Both the position numbers and the translations under genes were made by a program. Positions 58,908-64,000 of a stretch of DNA of 64,000 bases are shown here, in pieces (position 1 is the first letter of the stretch; the number at the start of each line of letters is the position of its first letter). The notes beneath the pieces were generated by a model that saw only the letters and a program-made list of their open reading frames with translations, had not been told where the DNA came from and did not search any database. The stretch covers positions 5,440,001-5,504,000 of the forward strand of contig OZ244561.1 of NCBI GenBank assembly GCA_965217585.1, read 5' to 3'. Source of the DNA: Candidatus Latescibacterota bacterium (GTDB taxonomy: Bacteria; Latescibacterota; UBA2968; UBA8231).

Positions 58908-59792
58908 ATGTTGTCTTTGCTCTATGGCCTCATCCGCATCGCCCTATGTGCGTTGGTGCCTTTCTGCGTGGCTTGCGGTCTTTTTTTACTCGAATACCAA
59001 ACCCAATTCGCGGCCCGCTACATCGGCCAATACCTGATGCAACAAAACCCAGAGCGCCAGCCGGGAGGTGCGCTCTGGCAGGGCATTCTCGCTAGCCGGC
59101 AGACCCGCATGGCCCTATCCGACTCGCTGGCCGAGGCCCCTCTAGAACCGAGCCAAGCCCCGCTGCCGGTTTTGCAAAACCACTATCAGCTCCAGTACCA
59201 CGGCACCCACGCGGCGTTTTTTGCAGTCGCGCGGCGAGACACCGCCCTCCAGCCCGATCACCTCAGCCCGGAGACTCTGCGCGAACTCGCCTATTCCCTG
59301 CAGATTTACGAGCAGGGGCGCTACCTGCTAACCCAAGCCATCATACCCGGCGACGCCTCGTATCTCCACTCCCTCATCGGTGCGCAAATAGCCCTAGAGG
59401 ACGGCTCGCTCTTCCACCAGCTCCACAAGTGGCTGCTGGCAAAAGACGAGCCAGAAGCCTGGACCTTTCTGAAGATGAAAGAGGAAGACATAGCCTACTG
59501 GCACCAGCACCTAGCGCCGCTTTTGAGCGCGGACCCCGATCACGCGCAAAGCGATGCCGGGCCGATCATCACCGCGGCCTTGGCGCAGATCGTGCAAGCC
59601 CGGGCCGACTCGCTGCGCCAGAGCGAGACCGAGCGCCTGCTCGCGGCTTGGGATAGCGCGGACGGCTTTGAGCTGCGCCTGACCCGCACTGGGGACCAAT
59701 TCGCCGCGTACGCGCTGGTGCCGGGCCACGAGGCCACGGCGCTCGTGCTGCCGGCCCAGCTCGTGCAACAACGCCTCGGGCTTGCGCAATGA
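58908..59792 (+). CDS. Hypothetical membrane-anchored protein
   Basis: N-terminal TM helix. Stop overlaps the PBP1A start (ATGA). Confidence 0.7.
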   Translation: MLSLLYGLIRIALCALVPFCVACGLFLLEYQTQFAARYIGQYLMQQNPERQPGGALWQGILASRQTRMALSDSLAEAPLEPSQAPLPVLQNHYQLQYHGTHAAFFAVARRDTALQPDHLSPETLRELAYSLQIYEQGRYLLTQAIIPGDASYLHSLIGAQIALEDGSLFHQLHKWLLAKDEPEAWTFLKMKEEDIAYWHQHLAPLLSADPDHAQSDAGPIITAALAQIVQARADSLRQSETERLLAAWDSADGFELRLTRTGDQFAAYALVPGHEATALVLPAQLVQQRLGLAQ

Positions 59793-61831
59793 GACACCCA
59801 TTGCGCATCGGCGCAGTCCTGACCGTACTCCTCGTTTTGGCGACCGGGCTAGGAGTGGGTTACGCAATCCAGCGCATAGCCCCGAGCTTGCCCAGCCTGC
59901 CCACCGACCCGCGCGAGCTGGGCATCCGCCCCGGCACGGAGATGTACGCAGCCTCTGGCGAGCGCATCTACACCTTCAATCAGAGCCGCCAATGGGTGCC
60001 CCTCGAACACATCAGTCCCCACGTGCGCAACGCGCTCATCGCCACCGAGGACGCGCGCTTCTACCACCACCGAGGGATCGACCTGCTGTCCATTGTCGGC
60101 GCGGTGCGCGACAACCTGCTAGAGGGCAGCCTCACCCGCGGCGGCAGCACCTTGACCCAACAGCTCGTCAAGCGCCTGTTCTTTTCGCCGAAAAAGACCT
60201 TTGAACGCAAGCTGTCGGAAGCACTCCTCGCCGTGCAGCTAGAGGCGTTTTTTGCCGCTTCGTACCCAGACACCAACGCCGCTGGCCAACCCGCGTACAA
60301 AGATCGCCTCCTAGAGCTGTACCTCAACGAAGTCTTCTACGGCACCAACGCCTACGGCATTCACGACGCCGCGGCCACCTTCTTCAACACGACCCCAGAC
60401 TCGCTGAGCCGGCCCCGTGCCGCCATGCTCATCGGCCAGATCAACGCCCCGACCGCGTACAATCCCCTGCGACACCCCGAACGGGCCACCGACCGGCTGC
60501 AACACGTGCTCGACCGCATGGTCGCCAGCGGCTTTCTCGACCCGGAGACGCGCCGGGAATACGCCGCTCTCCGAGCCGAAGACCTCATTGACCCCGGCTA
60601 CCCGCCCCGCAACCCAGTGCCCTATTGGGTCGAAGCCATCAATGCGGAAATCGTCCGGCAGTGGGGGCCGTCGGCCCTGCACTACGGGAGCCTGAAGGTC
60701 TATACCACCTTGGACATTGCGATGCAAGAAGCGGCCGAAGACGCCGTGGCCAAGGGGATGATCGAACTGGATGAGCGACTGGGGTTTAAACCCTATGCAG
60801 AAGCGTCGATGGCCGAGCGCCCGGTCTACGTCCAAGGCGCGTTGGTGTGCCTGTCGCCGACCGGAAAAGTGCTGGCCATGGTCGGGGGTCGGGACATTTT
60901 CGTCAGCTACTACAACCGAGCTCTAACCGCCCGCCGCCAGCCCGGCTCCGGCTTTAAGCCGATGGCCTATCTAGCGGCTTTGGAAGCGGGTGAAATCAGC
61001 CCGGTCACCGTCTTTAACGATCAGCCGCGCACCTATATCGTCAACGGGCAAAAGTGGGAACCACGCAACTACGGCGGCCGCTACTTGGGACAGACGACCG
61101 CGGCGTGGGCCTTAGTTCGCTCGGCCAACTCCACGGCTATACAAATCTCCGAGCGCGTCGGCCCGGAGCGCGTCGTCGAGACCGCCCACCGCTTGGGTTT
61201 TGCCGGGCCAATAGGAGCCTACAAGAGCATTGCCTTGGGTGTCGCCGAAGTTACCGTGTTGGAAATGGCCACGGCGTACGGGACTTTTGCCAACTACGGA
61301 TTGCAGGTGACGCCGATCTTGATAGAGCGCATCGTCGATACCGACGGCCTGCCGATCTTCACCCATCAGCCGCAGATCCGCCAAGTTATCGCGCCCGACC
61401 TTGCCGCGCAGATGGTTCACCTCTTGCGTCAAGCCGTAGATCGCGGCACCGGCCGCCGAGTGCGCAGGTTGGGCTTTGCGCGGCCAGCTGCCGGCAAGAC
61501 CGGGACGACCAACGACAATACCGACGCTTGGTTCACCGGCTTCACACCGGACTTAGTCGCCAGCGTCTGGGTGGGGTTTGACGACCGCCGCACCCATAAG
61601 CTGATGGATACGCGCGGGGTGCAAATCACCGGCGGCAGCGGTGCTGTGCCCATCTGGACGGATTTTATGATCGCGGTAAACGAGGGGCGGCTAGAGAAGG
61701 ATTTTGACGTGCCCGAAGAGGTGAATATCTACAGCGTGGATCCCCGCACCGGCAAGGTGCGCTCAAAGCCCAACAAGGACGGGGTTCAGCCGCTGTCGGT
61801 GGCCTTGCGCCGAGGCGAGCGGCCCAACTGA
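59789..61831 (+). CDS. Class A penicillin-binding protein (PBP1A family)
   Basis: Transglycosylase motifs EDARF and GGSTLTQQL; transpeptidase motifs SGFK, SAN and KTG. Confidence 0.95.
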   Translation: MRHPLRIGAVLTVLLVLATGLGVGYAIQRIAPSLPSLPTDPRELGIRPGTEMYAASGERIYTFNQSRQWVPLEHISPHVRNALIATEDARFYHHRGIDLLSIVGAVRDNLLEGSLTRGGSTLTQQLVKRLFFSPKKTFERKLSEALLAVQLEAFFAASYPDTNAAGQPAYKDRLLELYLNEVFYGTNAYGIHDAAATFFNTTPDSLSRPRAAMLIGQINAPTAYNPLRHPERATDRLQHVLDRMVASGFLDPETRREYAALRAEDLIDPGYPPRNPVPYWVEAINAEIVRQWGPSALHYGSLKVYTTLDIAMQEAAEDAVAKGMIELDERLGFKPYAEASMAERPVYVQGALVCLSPTGKVLAMVGGRDIFVSYYNRALTARRQPGSGFKPMAYLAALEAGEISPVTVFNDQPRTYIVNGQKWEPRNYGGRYLGQTTAAWALVRSANSTAIQISERVGPERVVETAHRLGFAGPIGAYKSIALGVAEVTVLEMATAYGTFANYGLQVTPILIERIVDTDGLPIFTHQPQIRQVIAPDLAAQMVHLLRQAVDRGTGRRVRRLGFARPAAGKTGTTNDNTDAWFTGFTPDLVASVWVGFDDRRTHKLMDTRGVQITGGSGAVPIWTDFMIAVNEGRLEKDFDVPEEVNIYSVDPRTGKVRSKPNKDGVQPLSVALRRGERPN

Positions 61832-61836
61832 AGGAT

Positions 61837-62961
61837 TCAGCGGACCGCAGCCAAAACCTCGCTCACCCGCCGCGCCACGATGTCTTCCTCGCCAAGCTCC
61901 ATCATATAGGGATTGATCCCAAAGCCGCTCTCGTGGGCGGCGATCTCGATCCGCGGTTGGCCAGCCGCGAGCTGACGCGCCAGCTCGTGGCCACTGAGGG
62001 CCAGCCGCTCTCGATCCCAGCGCACCGCCAAGTTCGGTGCAACATTCGAGCGCCCGGGCTGATTGACCTGCGTCGCCACCGAGGGAAACGGCTCCACCGC
62101 CGCCGCTATCACCGCCAAGCGCCGCTCCCACTCCCGCCACTCGGCTGCGTGGTCGCGCACTACCCACTGCTCCACAGCGGCCAACAGCCCCATGATTTCT
62201 TCCTTACCCGCCTTCATCGGCCGCCCCAGCGCGTGGTGCGGTGCCCCGTTGAGGAAGGTCGCCTGCAACAACTCTTTGCGCCCCAAAACCAAGCCCGACG
62301 CCTGCGGCCCGCGCAGGCACTTGCCGCCCGAATACGCCACCGCATCGACCCCCTGCTCCAGATACCAGTTGGGCGCGTCCGGCCGCTCGGCGGCCGCATC
62401 GACCAAGGTCGGTACGCCGTGCCGCTGCCCGGCCGCTGCCATGTCCGCCACCGAGATCGGCCCTCGTTTGGCCGCATCGCCAAAAACCAAGAGCATGGCC
62501 GTGCGGTCCGACAGGGCCGCTTCGAGCGCGGCGAGCGTCTCGACCTCGACCATTTCGACGCCGACCATGCGCACGGCGTGATCGTACCCGTGGCGGTGCC
62601 TGGGCTGGACGATCACTTGGTTTTTCATGCCCGTCGTGTCGGGCAACCGCGCCATTTTCTCGGGATCAGTACCCGCCACGCAAGCCGCCGTAACTTGGCA
62701 CAACGCCGCGGCGCAACCATTGGTAATCAGCCCCCATTCGCACTGCATCAGCTCGCCGATGCGCGCTCCGACGGCCTCCATCAGTTCGTCGAGATGGACG
62801 TATTGCTTGGAGGCCTCGACCATAGCTTGCCGCACTTCGGGCAGTATTAGCGAGCCGCTGATGATGGTATAGGTCCCCTGACAGTTGATCAGGGGACGCA
62901 CGCCGAGGCTTTCGTAGGTTGGATGCGCTAGTTGGCCACTCATCAGTAGTTCTTTCTCCAT
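61837..62961 (-). CDS. SelA-like / DgaE-like PLP-dependent enzyme
   Basis: LGVRPLIN..GT.T, VDAAAE, YSGGKCLRGPQ.SG, GRPMK.GKE. Confidence 0.85.
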   Translation of the reverse strand: MEKELLMSGQLAHPTYESLGVRPLINCQGTYTIISGSLILPEVRQAMVEASKQYVHLDELMEAVGARIGELMQCEWGLITNGCAAALCQVTAACVAGTDPEKMARLPDTTGMKNQVIVQPRHRHGYDHAVRMVGVEMVEVETLAALEAALSDRTAMLLVFGDAAKRGPISVADMAAAGQRHGVPTLVDAAAERPDAPNWYLEQGVDAVAYSGGKCLRGPQASGLVLGRKELLQATFLNGAPHHALGRPMKAGKEEIMGLLAAVEQWVVRDHAAEWREWERRLAVIAAAVEPFPSVATQVNQPGRSNVAPNLAVRWDRERLALSGHELARQLAAGQPRIEIAAHESGFGINPYMMELGEEDIVARRVSEVLAAVR

Positions 62962-63027
62962 AGACGCCAGCCGATCAGCCTATTCACCCTCGGCAGGTCA
63001 ATGTAGGGGTATTGCCCTTCTTTAAGA

Positions 63028-64000
63028 TCAAAGCAAATCGTCCGCATAGCCCGCCAAACAGTGCTCCAGCGCCGCCATACCCGCGCTAGTATCCACGCTG
63101 GCCCCTTCGTGCGCTAGGGCACCGCCCAAGGCGTGCAACACGCGGAACAGGTGAGGTGCTCGGCACTGCTCGCCCATCTGGCCAATGCGCACGATGTCGA
63201 GGCCAAAGGCTCCGGAGATTTCGACGTGGAAGCGACTCGACATATCGGCGCGCACTCGGGCGTTATCTACCCCAGCGGGCACTTGGATTGCCACCACCGA
63301 GTTGAGGCGAATAGCGCGCGGCGCGGCCAGCACCAGTCCCATCTTCTCGATGCCAGCTTGCAGTGCCAGCGACGAGTGCCGATGCCGCGCAAAGCGACGC
63401 TCGAGTGTCTCTTCGCAGACCAGCCGCAGGGCCTCGTGCAGGGCCAACAGTCCCGAGACCGGGGCCGTGTAGTGGTATTGATGATGCTGCCAAAAGTTTT
63501 GCGCCCGCAGTGCGTCCAAGCACCAGTGCGGCCTAGGACCGGGATGCTGCTGCACCTGCTCCCAGGCCGCGTCGGAAAAGGCAATCAGCGCCACGCCCGG
63601 CAGCGACGACAGGCCCTTCTGGCTGCCCGTGAAAACCACGTCAATGCCCCAAGCGTCCTTTTCCAACGGCATGGTGCTCAAGGTGCAGACCGCATCGACG
63701 ACCGCCAGTGCCCCGTGCTCGCGGCACAAGCGGGCAATCGCCGGTAGCTCGGTCGTACAGATGCCGCTGGAGGTTTCGCCCTGCACCATCGTCACCACGT
63801 CGTAGCGCTGACTCTTGAGACGCCCGGCGACGCGCTCGGCGCAGACGGCTTGCCCTTCCGGCACGGCCAGCACTTCGACCTCGGCTCCCACGCCGCTGGC
63901 CATTTCGGCAAAGCGCCCGCTAAACCAGCCGTTTTGCAACACCAAGGCGCGGCGGCCCGGCCAGAGCAGATTGCCCATCGCCATTTCCATGGCCGCCGAC
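63028..64000 (-). CDS. Alanine-glyoxylate aminotransferase family (class V), 5' partial
   Basis: GETSSG, VDAV, GSQKGL, YHYT.P, RIGQMG. Confidence 0.9.
   Translation of the reverse strand, partial: SAAMEMAMGNLLWPGRRALVLQNGWFSGRFAEMASGVGAEVEVLAVPEGQAVCAERVAGRLKSQRYDVVTMVQGETSSGICTTELPAIARLCREHGALAVVDAVCTLSTMPLEKDAWGIDVVFTGSQKGLSSLPGVALIAFSDAAWEQVQQHPGPRPHWCLDALRAQNFWQHHQYHYTAPVSGLLALHEALRLVCEETLERRFARHRHSSLALQAGIEKMGLVLAAPRAIRLNSVVAIQVPAGVDNARVRADMSSRFHVEISGAFGLDIVRIGQMGEQCRAPHLFRVLHALGGALAHEGASVDTSAGMAALEHCLAGYADDLL

Noticed and set aside
61837-62961. True selenocysteine synthase SelA
   Set aside because: Shorter than SelA, lacks its N-terminal domain, and no selB or selC is nearby. It fits the SelA-like/DgaE group.

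Overview
GC-rich bacterial chromosome segment. The gene content (Bat operon, sulfatase, Gfo/Idh/MocA, PhyH, many cargo genes) suggests a Latescibacterota/Gemmatimonadota-like environmental organism; this is inference only. Core blocks are a batA-E operon, cysQ-polX-udk, a long minus-strand run (sulfatase-fdhD-TIM barrel-SPL-like radical SAM-SDR-M48-RND pump), XPB-DUF790, cca, PBP1A and two PLP enzymes. Accessory cassettes interrupt these blocks: two ABC-ATPase/TOPRIM-like pairs, an HTH-fused type II R-M system, a DMT/PhyH cassette, an ATPase gene broken by three IS elements, a Co-type nitrile hydratase operon, and an 11.5-kb island. The island encodes vapBC plus a NERD-kinase-ATPase / DptG-like / nuclease-HerA trio resembling MADS mad6-7-8 or DndFGH, with no modification genes. 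Three cassettes are bracketed by duplicated ends of the host gene they interrupt (fdhD 102 bp, spl ~108 bp, polX/udk 13 bp), yet no integrase is present. Other leads are a structured SD-sequestering leader in front of a protein with a degenerate SecA-like subdomain, a CuA-less CoxII-like lipoprotein, a polymerase-dead PolX, and a possible CCWGG deamination signature. No rRNA, tRNA or CRISPR array was seen. All family assignments come from motif recognition by eye, not database searches.
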